From Myxococcota bacterium (GTDB taxonomy: Bacteria; Myxococcota_A; Polyangia; Nannocystales; Nannocystaceae), in the NCBI GenBank assembly GCA_039028615.1, contig JBCCHT010000017.1, forward strand, positions 1 to 64,000: a DNA stretch of 64,000 nucleotides, written 5' to 3'. This document shows positions 9,580-19,524 of this stretch, one piece after another; position 1 is the first letter of the stretch, and each line of letters starts with the position of its first letter. Under the pieces are notes generated by a model that worked only from the letters and a program-made list of their open reading frames with translations, made no database searches and was not told where the DNA came from. Position numbers and translations under genes: made by a program.

Positions 9580-10626
9580 ATGCCATCGACCGAGCGCCCC
9601 CGCATTGCCCCCTTGGCCCTGCTGACCTTCGCCGCCGTGGGAGCGGGCACCAGCGCCCTGCTGCTCCACGAGTACCTCGTGCCCGGCGCAGGCGCGTGTG
9701 GTCCCGAAGGAGGCTGTGCCACGGTTCGCGACTCGGCCTATGCCTCGCTCCTCGGCATTCCCCTGCCCGCCCTCGGCCTCGCCTTCTTCTCGCTCTTCGG
9801 CGCTTCCGTGCTCGTCCCAGCCCTTCGCGCGCGTCGCCTGCCCGCCTGGCTCGGCGGCATCGGCAGCCTCGGCGCGCTCGGTCTGCTCGCCATTCAGGCC
9901 CTCGTGCTGGGCGCGTGGTGTCCGTTCTGCGTCGTCGTCGACCTGTGCGCGCTGAGCCTGGGCCTCGCCGTGGTCCTGCCTTCGTTGACCAACCCTCAGC
10001 TCACCATCCGGGGCTCGGCCGCGGCGGGCATCGTCGCGGTGGGTCTCGCCGTGCCCATGGCCATCGGCGTCGTGCTGCGTCCCGTGCCTCCGCCGCCCAC
10101 CGTCGAGCCCGGCCCCGCCTCCATCGCCACCGCCCCCACCGAGGGCCGGGCCACCATCGTCGAGTTCATCGACTTCCAGTGCCCCTTCTGCCGCCGCCAG
10201 CACGCCACCCTCGCCAAGATCCTCGACAGCTACGGCGAGCGCGTGCGGGTGCAGACCCATCACCTTCCTCTCGAGCGCATCCACCCCCAGGCCCGCGAAG
10301 CGGCGCGAGTGGCCTGCTGCGCCGAGGAGCAAGGCAAGGACGAAGCGGTCATCCACGCCCTGATGCAGGCCGAGGACCTGTCGCCTGCGGGCTGCCGCGA
10401 GACCGCCGAGCAAGCGGGAGTCGACGGCGAGGCGCTGTCCGCCTGTCTCGAGTCCGAGCGCCCCGACGAGCGCCTGCAGGCCGACGCCGCCCAGGCCAAG
10501 GCCAACGGCGTCCGCAGCCTGCCCACCGTGTTCATCGGCGGACAGCGCTTCCAGGGGGCGCGCGACGAAGCGACGCTGCGCAATGCGATCGAGCGGGCGC
10601 TGGCGGGCCAGCCCACGCCGACCTGA
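9580..10626 (+). CDS. VKOR (vitamin K epoxide reductase) domain fused to DsbA-like thioredoxin
   Basis: Loop cysteines ACGPEGGC..V..S, LLGIP, WCPFC; then IVEFIDFQCPFC, HP.A..AA, GVRSLPT. Confidence 0.88.
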   Translation: MPSTERPRIAPLALLTFAAVGAGTSALLLHEYLVPGAGACGPEGGCATVRDSAYASLLGIPLPALGLAFFSLFGASVLVPALRARRLPAWLGGIGSLGALGLLAIQALVLGAWCPFCVVVDLCALSLGLAVVLPSLTNPQLTIRGSAAAGIVAVGLAVPMAIGVVLRPVPPPPTVEPGPASIATAPTEGRATIVEFIDFQCPFCRRQHATLAKILDSYGERVRVQTHHLPLERIHPQAREAARVACCAEEQGKDEAVIHALMQAEDLSPAGCRETAEQAGVDGEALSACLESERPDERLQADAAQAKANGVRSLPTVFIGGQRFQGARDEATLRNAIERALAGQPTPT

Positions 10627-10631
10627 AGCCC

Positions 10632-12905
10632 CTACTTCTTCTTGCTGCTCTTGGGTCGCGGCGCCGCGACCTCGAGGTCCTGCAGCAAGTCTTCGAGCGC
10701 GATCTTCTTCTCGAGTCGCTGGCTCTGCAGCTCGACGATCTTCCGGCCGATGCGGTCGCCCTCGGTGGTGAACTCCTCGAGCCGCGTGTTGAGCTTGCGG
10801 CGCAGCGCGTTGGCGGCCGGATCCTTCTTGATCGCCTCGAGGTTGTTGCGCGTGACGTTGGCGCGCTGGTTGAGCTCGACCTGCTGCGCCCGCAGGCCCT
10901 CGACCTCGGTGTCGATGCGGCCGATCTCGCGGCGTAGGTCGACGACCGGCTGGATCTGGGCTCGAATGTCGGCCCCCAGATCGGTGGAGACGACGAGGGT
11001 CTCGAGCAGACCGAGCGCGCGCCCGTCCCAGATGCTGATGGTGGTGGTCGACGGGGTCTGCTCGACGACGACGGCGCTGCCCTCGGTGCGCCCCTTGGCG
11101 ACCTTCACCGGGACGAGGTAGCCGTCGGCGAGCACCTCGGTGCCCTCGGGGGGCTCGACGAGATCGTAGTTCCAGCCCGCCTTGCTGTGGCGCACGAGCA
11201 CGGCGTAGGGCTCGTCCGCCTTCCTGCCCTTGACCGACCAGGTGGTGGTGGTGCGAGAGAAGCTCTCGACCTCGAGCACGCCGCGGGCAATCTTCAGCAG
11301 GTGCATCTCGTCGCCCGAGTACTGGGTGGACGAGCTGACGAGGATGCTGGGCTCGACGGCAAAGGGAATGGTGGCGCTGGTGTTGGTGCTCACCGCCTCG
11401 CTCAGGCCCTCGCCCACGAAGCTGTCGCCCGCGTAGATGCTGATGGGACCCGGCTCGAGCACGAAGGGCGTGCTGTTGGTGAAGCGCACGACCCGATAGG
11501 GATTGGCGTCGTAGCCCACGCCAGCCCCCCCGGGGCGATACAAGAAGGTCTGCTCCGCCTTCACGTCCTGGTTGAGGATGGCGACCATGGTGGAGCTGCC
11601 GTTGGGTACGGAGACGCGCTCGCCGAGGTCGTAGCGGGTCATGCCGCTGACCTGCTTGGCGCGTGCATTGGCCTGGGTGCTGCGCCGTAGGGCCTCGAGG
11701 TCGACGCCGCTGACGGGGCCGCGCGGAGCGGAGGGCTTGGCGGTGCCCGACGGCGCGGAGATCGAGCGATCGGCCTTGTTGCGGCGCTTGCTCTCCTTCT
11801 TCAGCCGACCCGAGGCGACCTTCTCGTCCGCGGCGTATCCCCCCGCTTCCATGTCGCCATCGTCGTAGGCGTAGGGGTCCATCGCCTCGGCCGGCGCTTC
11901 CTCGAGCTCTTCGTAGACGTCGTCTTCCCCGTAGCCGCCGTAGGTCGTCTCGCCCAGGGCCACGGTGGCTCGCTTGCGTACGCCGGACTCGGTCAGGTCG
12001 CTGCGATGCACGGTACGAGGCGTGTGAAGGTCGTAGCGAAACGCGATGGGCTCGCCCGAGGTGAGGGCCATCTTCACGTCGTCCCAGTCTTCGCCGCTGG
12101 TGTTGTCCACCACCGCCCAGGCCTGGAGCAGCGCGTCGCCCTTGCCCTCGTCGGGGAGCACCACGCGATAGGTGGGCTTCCACATCGGCGCGGAGACGAC
12201 ATAGCTGACGGTGACGTCGTGGGTCTTGTCGCCGACGAGGCGAATGGCGATCTCCACCTGCTGGAACATGCCCTCGCCCGCGCTCGCGTCGAGGCGCCGA
12301 TGCAGCTGCATGGCCAGGTCGCCGTCGTGCAGCGAGATGTCGCGGACCTTGGACAGCCGCACCACTCGCAGCTCGTCGCCTCGCATCAGCGTGACCTTGT
12401 GGTCGCGCTGCGAGGGCCCGCCGCGACCATCACCGCCGCGCAGGGTCGGGCGCGCGTCGGGATCGGGCTCGTCGACGATGCGCTCGACCAACACCACGCG
12501 CCCGCGCACCGGGCCCAGCGAGGTGTGCAGCGTGACTTCCGTCCCGCGCAGACCGTCGAGCAGCTGCGCGATGCTCCCGCGGCCCGGCGCCAAGGCGGTC
12601 AAGGCAGCGGCGGCCCAGGTCTCTGGCTCCAGGGGCATCGAGATGCTCACCGCTTGGCCATTGCGATCGACCACGGTCAGGCTCTTGAGCAAGTCGTTGA
12701 CCTGGTCACGGCGAACGCGAATGCGCAGCTCGGACTCGTCGATCTCACCCTGGCGTTCGAAATAGCCGACGCCGTTGCGGTAGAGCACCACCCGCTCGAG
12801 ATCGAGATCGGTCGCGGCGTCCGGGTATCGATGACGCGTGGTGCCGGCACACGCGGCGGTGGACAGGGCGAGAAGAGCGAGACTGACGAGCGTGGGCGTG
12901 CGCAT
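10632..12905 (-). CDS. DUF4139-like lipoprotein
   Basis: LSTAAC lipobox; RVVLYRNGVGYFER, DLLKSLTV, WKPTYR, AVVDNTSGEDWDDVKMALTSG; coiled-coil C-terminus. Confidence 0.8.
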   Translation of the reverse strand: MRTPTLVSLALLALSTAACAGTTRHRYPDAATDLDLERVVLYRNGVGYFERQGEIDESELRIRVRRDQVNDLLKSLTVVDRNGQAVSISMPLEPETWAAAALTALAPGRGSIAQLLDGLRGTEVTLHTSLGPVRGRVVLVERIVDEPDPDARPTLRGGDGRGGPSQRDHKVTLMRGDELRVVRLSKVRDISLHDGDLAMQLHRRLDASAGEGMFQQVEIAIRLVGDKTHDVTVSYVVSAPMWKPTYRVVLPDEGKGDALLQAWAVVDNTSGEDWDDVKMALTSGEPIAFRYDLHTPRTVHRSDLTESGVRKRATVALGETTYGGYGEDDVYEELEEAPAEAMDPYAYDDGDMEAGGYAADEKVASGRLKKESKRRNKADRSISAPSGTAKPSAPRGPVSGVDLEALRRSTQANARAKQVSGMTRYDLGERVSVPNGSSTMVAILNQDVKAEQTFLYRPGGAGVGYDANPYRVVRFTNSTPFVLEPGPISIYAGDSFVGEGLSEAVSTNTSATIPFAVEPSILVSSSTQYSGDEMHLLKIARGVLEVESFSRTTTTWSVKGRKADEPYAVLVRHSKAGWNYDLVEPPEGTEVLADGYLVPVKVAKGRTEGSAVVVEQTPSTTTISIWDGRALGLLETLVVSTDLGADIRAQIQPVVDLRREIGRIDTEVEGLRAQQVELNQRANVTRNNLEAIKKDPAANALRRKLNTRLEEFTTEGDRIGRKIVELQSQRLEKKIALEDLLQDLEVAAPRPKSSKKK

Positions 12906-13098
12906 GATGAGGGGGAGCCAAGGACAATAGCGAACCTGCGAGCTTGTACGCACGAGCGGAACGACGCGGTGTGTTTGGCAGACGACACCGCGCGGTGACA
13001 TTCGTGGTCCAAAGCCCCCCGACGCGACAGCGCGCATTCCGCAAAACAGCGGTTTTGGGCGCACGGACGGCCGCGTACGAGGCTATGATGCCCAAGCC

Positions 13099-14892
13099 GT
13101 GTCGGAAGTTCTCGTTGGTCCTTTTGGTGAGCTCTACGAGCTGTCGACGCGCTTCGATCTGATGGGCCCGGTCGCCTCCACGGTGACGCTGCGCGACGCG
13201 GAGTCGTGGAGCCGCACGCTGAACTGGGTCGTCGACCATCCCGACAACCTCGTCGCCCTCCGCAATACGCTGATGCGCGCGGTTCCAAGCCTCGGGGCCG
13301 AAGCACGAGACCTGGCCGAGAAGCGCCTGCTCGAGTTGTTTGCGCGCGAGCTGGCCTCGGGCGAAGTGGTCATCTCCACGCGGGACCGACTGCGGCCCAA
13401 TGTCGACCTCCTCGACGACGTGCCCGAAGACCTCACCGCGCTCGATGAAGCGGACGCGGGAGACTCCGACCGCGGCACCGAAGAGACGACGCCCGCCCCC
13501 GCCCCCGTGGTCGAGTGCGTCTTGGACGTGGTCACGTACGCGTGCAGCCACAAGGGCGAGCGCAAGGCGGCGCTGCGTCTCGAGGCGGGCACCTCCACCA
13601 AATCCCGCGTACTCGAGGTCATCGCCGCCGACAAGGGCAACGGTGACATCATCACCGTCACCCCGCAGTACAGCGCCGCCCCCTGCTCGACCCACGCTAC
13701 CAAGGCGTTGCTGGTGCGCGGCCGCGGCCTGAACGAGACGCTGGGGCAAGGGGAGCAGCAGGTCGAGGTCTTCTACGACAGCATCGATCAGACCGACCTG
13801 CTCGGCTACTTCTGGTCGTGGAACAAGAGCGGGCACGACTTCACCTTCAGCCCGCAGGTCTGCACCGGGCACGGCGTCTCGGCCACCGTGCGGGTCTATC
13901 CCGCGCTCGAGGCCTCGGCCCACATCATGCTGATGCTCGAGACCCGCAACCGGGTCGACAACGTCGTCGCCAAGGCGCAGTCGCGGGGCTACCACGAAAA
14001 GCGCGGGCGCCCGGCGTTCACCGAGTGGCGCTTCGAGGTCGCGGCCAAGGTCAAGTACGGCCCGCACGCCTCCGAGTTCAGCATCGGCAACAAGGACCAG
14101 CGCAAGGACCCGGGCCGGGTCGAGCGCTGGGCCGCCTTCAACCGCCTGATCAAGCGCTCGATCGACGTCTTCGCCGACAACCTCGCGCAGTACGCCTGCG
14201 TCTCGATGGTCGGGGGCTCGACCGACGACAAGGTCCCGGTCCTGCAGCTGCGCCCGATGTTCCCGCAGCTCGAGATCGAGTACACGGGCAAGTACGAAGA
14301 GATCGCCTCGTCACCCAAGGTGGGCACGGCCTGGAGCGTGAAGCTCAAGGCCAACCCGCTGCTGGGGCTCGAGGCACGCCTGGAGATCCTCGCGCTGTTC
14401 ATCCAGGCGATGAAGCGCTTCCCCAAGACGGCCCCGGTCGGCTACGGCCTCGAGAAGGTCCGCGAGTGGGCCAAGAAGAAGAAGCAGACCATCGAGCTTT
14501 ATATCGCCCTGCAGGGGGTCATCGAGGGCGACTGCGGCATCGAGAAGAAGGCCGAGCTGGCCAAGGGCAGCGCCACCGGGCACATCCAGGGCGCGATCAA
14601 GGTGCTCTTCGAGGCCGTGGCTGCGCTGGGCTCCTCGGGCTACATCGGGTTCGCCTTCGGGGCGGAGGTCAAGGGCAACACCGGCCTCGCCGTGCGGCTC
14701 CAGCTCGACCACGACAGCAAGGGCGTGTTCATGGCCGGCAAGTTCGTGCTGCTGGAGTGCAAGTTCAAGGCGGCCGCCTGGGCCTCGGGCAAGTTCATCT
14801 GGGAGATCAAGGAATCCTACGAAGGCGAGTTCCAGTTCTGGCAGGAGCGCGACCTGCTGAGCACGGGCAACAAGTACGTGCTCACCAACTGA
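13099..14892 (+). CDS. Hypothetical protein (Lys/Gly-rich, beta-rich C-terminal half)
   Basis: 597-aa ORF with strong high-GC3 coding pattern; no motif recognised. Confidence 0.7.
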   Translation: MSEVLVGPFGELYELSTRFDLMGPVASTVTLRDAESWSRTLNWVVDHPDNLVALRNTLMRAVPSLGAEARDLAEKRLLELFARELASGEVVISTRDRLRPNVDLLDDVPEDLTALDEADAGDSDRGTEETTPAPAPVVECVLDVVTYACSHKGERKAALRLEAGTSTKSRVLEVIAADKGNGDIITVTPQYSAAPCSTHATKALLVRGRGLNETLGQGEQQVEVFYDSIDQTDLLGYFWSWNKSGHDFTFSPQVCTGHGVSATVRVYPALEASAHIMLMLETRNRVDNVVAKAQSRGYHEKRGRPAFTEWRFEVAAKVKYGPHASEFSIGNKDQRKDPGRVERWAAFNRLIKRSIDVFADNLAQYACVSMVGGSTDDKVPVLQLRPMFPQLEIEYTGKYEEIASSPKVGTAWSVKLKANPLLGLEARLEILALFIQAMKRFPKTAPVGYGLEKVREWAKKKKQTIELYIALQGVIEGDCGIEKKAELAKGSATGHIQGAIKVLFEAVAALGSSGYIGFAFGAEVKGNTGLAVRLQLDHDSKGVFMAGKFVLLECKFKAAAWASGKFIWEIKESYEGEFQFWQERDLLSTGNKYVLTN

Positions 14893-14904
14893 GCCCTGTC
14901 GAGG

Positions 14905-15564
14905 CTACGGAACGGCGGCGGCCGGGTTCGCCTCGATGCGTACCGCGGCCCGGATGTCGTCGGCGACATGGGCGAGGTAGCGGAACTCGATGCCGTGCCG
15001 TTCCACCAGCTCCGAGAACGCGCGGAACTCGTGCTCGGTGAAGCCGGGGTAGTTGTAGAACTCGTCGAAGAGGATGATCGAGCCGGGCACGAGGCGAGAC
15101 ACCAACGCGTCGAGCACCTGCTGGGTCGAGCGATACAGGTCGCAGTCGATGTGCAGCAGCGCCACCGGTCCGGGGTGCTCACGCAGGAAGCCGGGCAAGG
15201 TCTGGTGGAACCATCCTTTGACGAGCGTCACGTTGGACTCGGGCAGCCGGGGCACGCGGCCCCCGAGGTCGAAGTAGCCCTTGGGCCAGTCGCCGCGGGG
15301 CCCTCCCTCCCAGGCCTCGGGCAAGCCTTCGAAGGAATCGAAGCCGTACAGCGGACCCGGGTGCCGTCGCGCCATGTAGCGGATGGTGCGGCCGAGATAC
15401 ACGCCGAACTCCAGCCATAGCCCGTCGACGCTCACCTGCTCCATGCAGTAGTCGAGGTACTCGGTGATGCGAATGCCCTCGGGCACCCACCACTGCACGC
15501 CCTCGGGCGGCGGCAGGCGATGGAAGGCGGGGCTGCGGTGCAAGGGGGCGAGGTCGGTGTTCAT
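14905..15564 (-). CDS. TylF/MycF-like class I SAM-dependent methyltransferase
   Basis: LEFGVYLG, GFDSFEGLPE, LVKGWFHQTLP, LLHIDCDLY, ILFDEF; ATG lies 1 nt after the GNAT stop. Confidence 0.85.
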   Translation of the reverse strand: MNTDLAPLHRSPAFHRLPPPEGVQWWVPEGIRITEYLDYCMEQVSVDGLWLEFGVYLGRTIRYMARRHPGPLYGFDSFEGLPEAWEGGPRGDWPKGYFDLGGRVPRLPESNVTLVKGWFHQTLPGFLREHPGPVALLHIDCDLYRSTQQVLDALVSRLVPGSIILFDEFYNYPGFTEHEFRAFSELVERHGIEFRYLAHVADDIRAAVRIEANPAAAVP

Positions 15565-15565
15565 G

Positions 15566-16378
15566 TCAGTGCGCCTGGTCGTGCTGGAGGTACGCGGTGA
15601 AGGTCGAGCCAGCGTCGCGAAAACCGACTCGCTCGTAGGTGGAGCGGGCGGCCGAGTTGTCGACATCGACGGTGAGGTGGACCCGAGGCCGAAGTCCCAA
15701 GAGTTCTTGGGTCATGAAGGCGGTGAGCGCCGTGCCGTAGCCACCGCCGCGATGACGAACGAAGGTGAAGGTGCCGCCCAGCATCGCGTAGTGCTCGGTC
15801 TCGCCGAGGCGGCGCACCACGGAGACCAGCTCGCGCTCGATCTCGAGGACGGCGACCCGCGACTCGGGCACGACCTCCCGCGCCCAGTCGCATCGCACAC
15901 TGACCCGCCGCTCTCGCTCGTAGGCCGCGGCGTAGCCCTCGAGTCGGTCGCAGTCGGCCAAGGTCGCCCAGCGCCCCTCGCCCGGGGTTTGCACGCGCGC
16001 GCAGACCATTGCCCGTTGATGGTGCGCCCGGCCGACGCGGGTGGATCCGGGCAGCGCATCGACCAGCGCGTCGACCAACGCTCCGGGTACGATCACCTTG
16101 CTGGGGCGGCGGCGCGCCACCAGCTGGGGTACGAAGGACGACAGCCGCCGTGGATCCCGGGCGTGCAGCAGCCACAGGCCCGATGGCAAGACGAGCGAGA
16201 CACCCGTGACCTCCGTGCCCGCTTCGAGGATCTCGAAGTCGGTGCCGACCGGCAGCACGCCACGACCCAGGATGATCTCGGCGATGATCTCCTCCGACTC
16301 GAACTCCGCCAGCCACCGTCGGGCGCGCTCGATCTCGCTGCGGTTCGACGACCGGGGCATGGCCGCGACCGCGCTCAC
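15566..16378 (-). CDS. GNAT-family acetyltransferase
   Basis: HRGGGYGTAL acetyl-CoA loop; LTVDVDNSAARSTYERVGF; GTGA overlap with the upstream YcaO. Confidence 0.85.
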   Translation of the reverse strand: MSAVAAMPRSSNRSEIERARRWLAEFESEEIIAEIILGRGVLPVGTDFEILEAGTEVTGVSLVLPSGLWLLHARDPRRLSSFVPQLVARRRPSKVIVPGALVDALVDALPGSTRVGRAHHQRAMVCARVQTPGEGRWATLADCDRLEGYAAAYERERRVSVRCDWAREVVPESRVAVLEIERELVSVVRRLGETEHYAMLGGTFTFVRHRGGGYGTALTAFMTQELLGLRPRVHLTVDVDNSAARSTYERVGFRDAGSTFTAYLQHDQAH

Positions 16379-17598
16379 GAAGCCCGCCCCCGCACGCGGA
16401 TCCGACGACCGAGCCAGAAGCCGTCGTGCATCGCCTCGGACATGCCGGGCACGATCACCCGCACCACCGCGACGGGATCGTCGGCGGGATTGACCCGCAC
16501 CCGGAGCACCCGATCGAAGCCATCCTCGGCGAGGCGAGCCACGATGGCATCGAGCGCATCACCCAGATCGTCCGGCGGCGTCGCGGCCTCGCGCGGGGCG
16601 GGCTCGGCCGGGCCTTCGCTGGGCAGCCAGATCTGCTTGGGCTGTGGGCCCAGCTCACGGACGCGCTGCAGCTCCTGGGCGATGCGATCGAAGTCTTCGC
16701 GGGCGCCGTTGATGAAGGCCAGGCGCGACTGGGTCGCCTCGAGCACCGCCTGCTCGAGCGCGAGGAAGGCATCGGGATGCGCACACAGGCCGAACGCGGG
16801 GAAGATCCCGTCGTCGCGGGACAGGTCGCGCAGGGCCGCGGCATAGGTGGTCACGCCCCCCAAGCCGGGCAAGCGATGCACGGCGAGGCCGATGTCGAGG
16901 TCCTCGAGTCGCTCACGCAGGGCTCGCAAGCGGGGCGAGGTGCACGACTCGAGGTCGACCGGGGTGGCCCGACGCGCGAGCCGAGCCACCGCCCAGGCAT
17001 CGCGCTCGATCACCTCGAGCAGGCCGTAGAAGGTCGCTTCGGTCTCGTTGGCCCCGCTCGCCAGCCCCGTGCTGCGCCAGGCGACGGGGTTGGCCGCGCC
17101 CTCGATGCGACGGTAGGGGCACTGCACGTCGTGGGCGGGAATCCAGCAGGGCTGCCCCTCGGCATCGTGGCCGGGGTACCACGCCAGCGGCACGTCACCC
17201 GGGTCTTGGACGCCGTGGGCCAGCGGTACGGAAGCCAGCTGCACATGGGCCTGCCCCGTCGCGCGTAGCTCCGAGGGCCGAGCAATGTGGGGCTCGAGAT
17301 CGGGCTGCTCACCGTAGTGGCGCTCGATGGCCTCCATGAGCGCACCGATCCGTGCCTCACCCGAGGTCCAGGCCTTGCCGTTGAGCACGGTGATGTTGCC
17401 CGGCACATCGACCGCGGCGGGACGCGTGGCTTGCCAGCAGGGCACACCGAGTCGATCCAAACCGGTCAGATCGGTCGGCCGCACCGCGCCGAGCAATCGG
17501 GCGTGGGCTTCGGCCACGGGCAGGAACTCGGCGGCGGTGGTGCTACGCCACTGAGCGCTGGCCACGGTACAGGGGGGCGTCGAAAATACGTGGTTCAT
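16375..17598 (-). CDS. ycaO: YcaO-family protein (TfuA-associated type), copy 2
   Basis: DLTGLDRLGVP, EAIER, STGLASG, EVIERD, QSRLAFINGARED, VVRVIVPG; ATGA overlap with tfuA. Confidence 0.88.
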   Translation of the reverse strand: MNHVFSTPPCTVASAQWRSTTAAEFLPVAEAHARLLGAVRPTDLTGLDRLGVPCWQATRPAAVDVPGNITVLNGKAWTSGEARIGALMEAIERHYGEQPDLEPHIARPSELRATGQAHVQLASVPLAHGVQDPGDVPLAWYPGHDAEGQPCWIPAHDVQCPYRRIEGAANPVAWRSTGLASGANETEATFYGLLEVIERDAWAVARLARRATPVDLESCTSPRLRALRERLEDLDIGLAVHRLPGLGGVTTYAAALRDLSRDDGIFPAFGLCAHPDAFLALEQAVLEATQSRLAFINGAREDFDRIAQELQRVRELGPQPKQIWLPSEGPAEPAPREAATPPDDLGDALDAIVARLAEDGFDRVLRVRVNPADDPVAVVRVIVPGMSEAMHDGFWLGRRIRVRGRAS

Positions 17599-18248
17599 GA
17601 CTGGGCGTCTCGCAGGGAATGCAGGAGGGCGAGGGCATCGAGCCGCTTGCGGTCGACGCGATGGGGATGAGCCGTAACGAATTCGAGGAGGGCTTCGGCC
17701 TCGGGTACGAGATCGGGATCGGCCGCGGCACGCTCCCCCAGCGCCTCCCAGCAGCGATCCTCGAAGGGCAGCGCGCGGGCGATCGCGAGCAGGGCATCTC
17801 GGCCTTCGTTCGACAGCAGCCCCGCTTCGTGGGCCAAGGCCAAGCCCCAGCGGAGGTTGACCAAAGGCACGGTGACGGGGGCGCGACTGCGGGGCTCGAA
17901 GAGCAAGGCCACCTCGTCGTCGGCCTCGATCGTGCCGTCGCGGTAGGCCTCGAAGATCCAGCCCACCCCGTGCATGCCCAGGCACTCGCACTCCGCAGCC
18001 CGGAGCGCGCCCATCGAAGAGCTGCCCCAGATCTCGACCCCGGCCGCGAGCGCCCGACGGATCTCGGCGACCGAGACGGACAGCGACTGGCCGAACTCGC
18101 CGTCGATGATCCCGATGCGTCGGACGCCCCGGGCCACCACCTGCGGCAGGTCGCCGCGGCGAATGGGCTCGCGGTACTCGACGTCGAGGGACTGCCCCGC
18201 CGCCGCGTGGTCGAGGGAGGGGCCGAGAAACACCACGGTCTCAAGCAT
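17595..18248 (-). CDS. tfuA: TfuA-like protein
   Basis: VVFLGPSL, PIRRGDL, IGIIDGEF, GSSSMGALRAAE, GMHGVG.IF, DDEVAL, LVNLR, KRLDA. Confidence 0.93.
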   Translation of the reverse strand: MLETVVFLGPSLDHAAAGQSLDVEYREPIRRGDLPQVVARGVRRIGIIDGEFGQSLSVSVAEIRRALAAGVEIWGSSSMGALRAAECECLGMHGVGWIFEAYRDGTIEADDEVALLFEPRSRAPVTVPLVNLRWGLALAHEAGLLSNEGRDALLAIARALPFEDRCWEALGERAAADPDLVPEAEALLEFVTAHPHRVDRKRLDALALLHSLRDAQS

Positions 18249-19524
18249 CGGTCTGGCCTTTCGCGTAACGCAGCAGCCGTCGGCCGATCCGCAGGTCGTT
18301 GCGCAGAAGCTCGAGCCCGGGCACCACCGCGCGCACGACGGAGAAGGGCAAGTCGGGCAGCGTGAGGTCGACGGCCAGCACGCGCTCGAGGTCGGCCGCC
18401 CGCAGGCGTTCCTGAACCGTGCGCAGGTCCTGCGCGGTACTGTCGGCCGATTGATCCTCGAACGCGTCGAGCCGGGTCCGACGGCCCTCGTCACCGAGCC
18501 ACGCCGCGGCTCGCGTGCGGGCGTCTTCGTAGCTGCCTTCGCGACTGCCCAGGTGCACGTCGAGGTCCTCGCGCGCGCCCGACAGCACGGTGGCCCGGGA
18601 CAGCGCCGCTTCGGTCAGGGCGCGGCACAGACCCACCGCCGGGTCGAGATGACAGCCCGAGCCCCCGTTGATCAGCATGGGATCGGCCCGCAGCGGATCG
18701 TCGATGATGGCGTGGAACACGGGGATCCCGATGGCGTTGGTGAACACCCGAACCCGAATGTCGATCTGTGCCTCGGCGTAGGCGTCGATGAGCCCGCGCA
18801 AGGGCTGCGCTTCGATGGCGTCGAGGTCGAGCACGGCCCCGCGCCGCGGGTCGCCCTGCGCGAAGGCCATGAGGTCGCGCTCGACCAGCTCGAGCACCGC
18901 ATGCAAGGTCGCCTCGGTGCGGCTATTGCCCGAGGCGAGCCCGTTGGTGGTCGACGTGATGAGATAGGGCTCTTCGGTGTGCGGCATGATGGCGGCGACG
19001 GCCGGGACCCAGACCACGTCACCGCCCTCGCCCAGCTCGCGGGCGGGCCACCACTCGAGCGAGGCGTCGGAGGTGAAGCGATGCTTGCGAGCCAAGATCA
19101 GCTCGCGCGGATGCACGATGGGCCCCCACGCCCGTGCCTGCTCGACGGTGCCCCTCGGGCCATGACGTCCGTTTCGCTCGGCGCAGTAGCGCTCGATGGC
19201 CTCGAGCAGACCCGAGGCCCGAGCCGCCTGCGGAGTGACCCCCTTGCCGCCGGTCACCGTGATCGTCTCGTCGGCGGCCGCGGGCCGGATGGTGTTGTAG
19301 GCGGGGATCTTCAGGCGATCGAGCCCGGTGATCTCGGCGACGCGGGTGATCCCTGCGACCGATCGAGAGCGTTCGGCCAGGGCTACCGTCTCGAACAAGG
19401 TGCGCTCGCGATGGGTCCCGCCGCGCATCGCCTTGCGGGTCTCGGCGGGCGTACCCACGAATGCCTCTCGCGCGGGAGGCAGCGGGAGCTGGCAGGGGGG
19501 CAGGACGGGGACGGGTGCGTTCAC
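18241..19524 (-). CDS. ycaO: YcaO-family protein (TfuA-associated type), copy 1
   Basis: GTHR, GITRVAEITGLDRL.IP, GKG.T...A..S...EAIER, TNGLASGN, ELVERD, SR...SGAREDL, VVRAVVPGLE; GTG start overlaps the DUF692 stop. Confidence 0.92.
   Translation of the reverse strand: MNAPVPVLPPCQLPLPPAREAFVGTPAETRKAMRGGTHRERTLFETVALAERSRSVAGITRVAEITGLDRLKIPAYNTIRPAAADETITVTGGKGVTPQAARASGLLEAIERYCAERNGRHGPRGTVEQARAWGPIVHPRELILARKHRFTSDASLEWWPARELGEGGDVVWVPAVAAIMPHTEEPYLITSTTNGLASGNSRTEATLHAVLELVERDLMAFAQGDPRRGAVLDLDAIEAQPLRGLIDAYAEAQIDIRVRVFTNAIGIPVFHAIIDDPLRADPMLINGGSGCHLDPAVGLCRALTEAALSRATVLSGAREDLDVHLGSREGSYEDARTRAAAWLGDEGRRTRLDAFEDQSADSTAQDLRTVQERLRAADLERVLAVDLTLPDLPFSVVRAVVPGLELLRNDLRIGRRLLRYAKGQTDA

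Noticed and set aside
16375..19524. Thiazole/oxazole (LAP or thiopeptide) pathway
   Set aside because: No E1-like partner, flavin dehydrogenase or lanthipeptide dehydratase; YcaOs flank tfuA and lack a Pro-rich C-terminus
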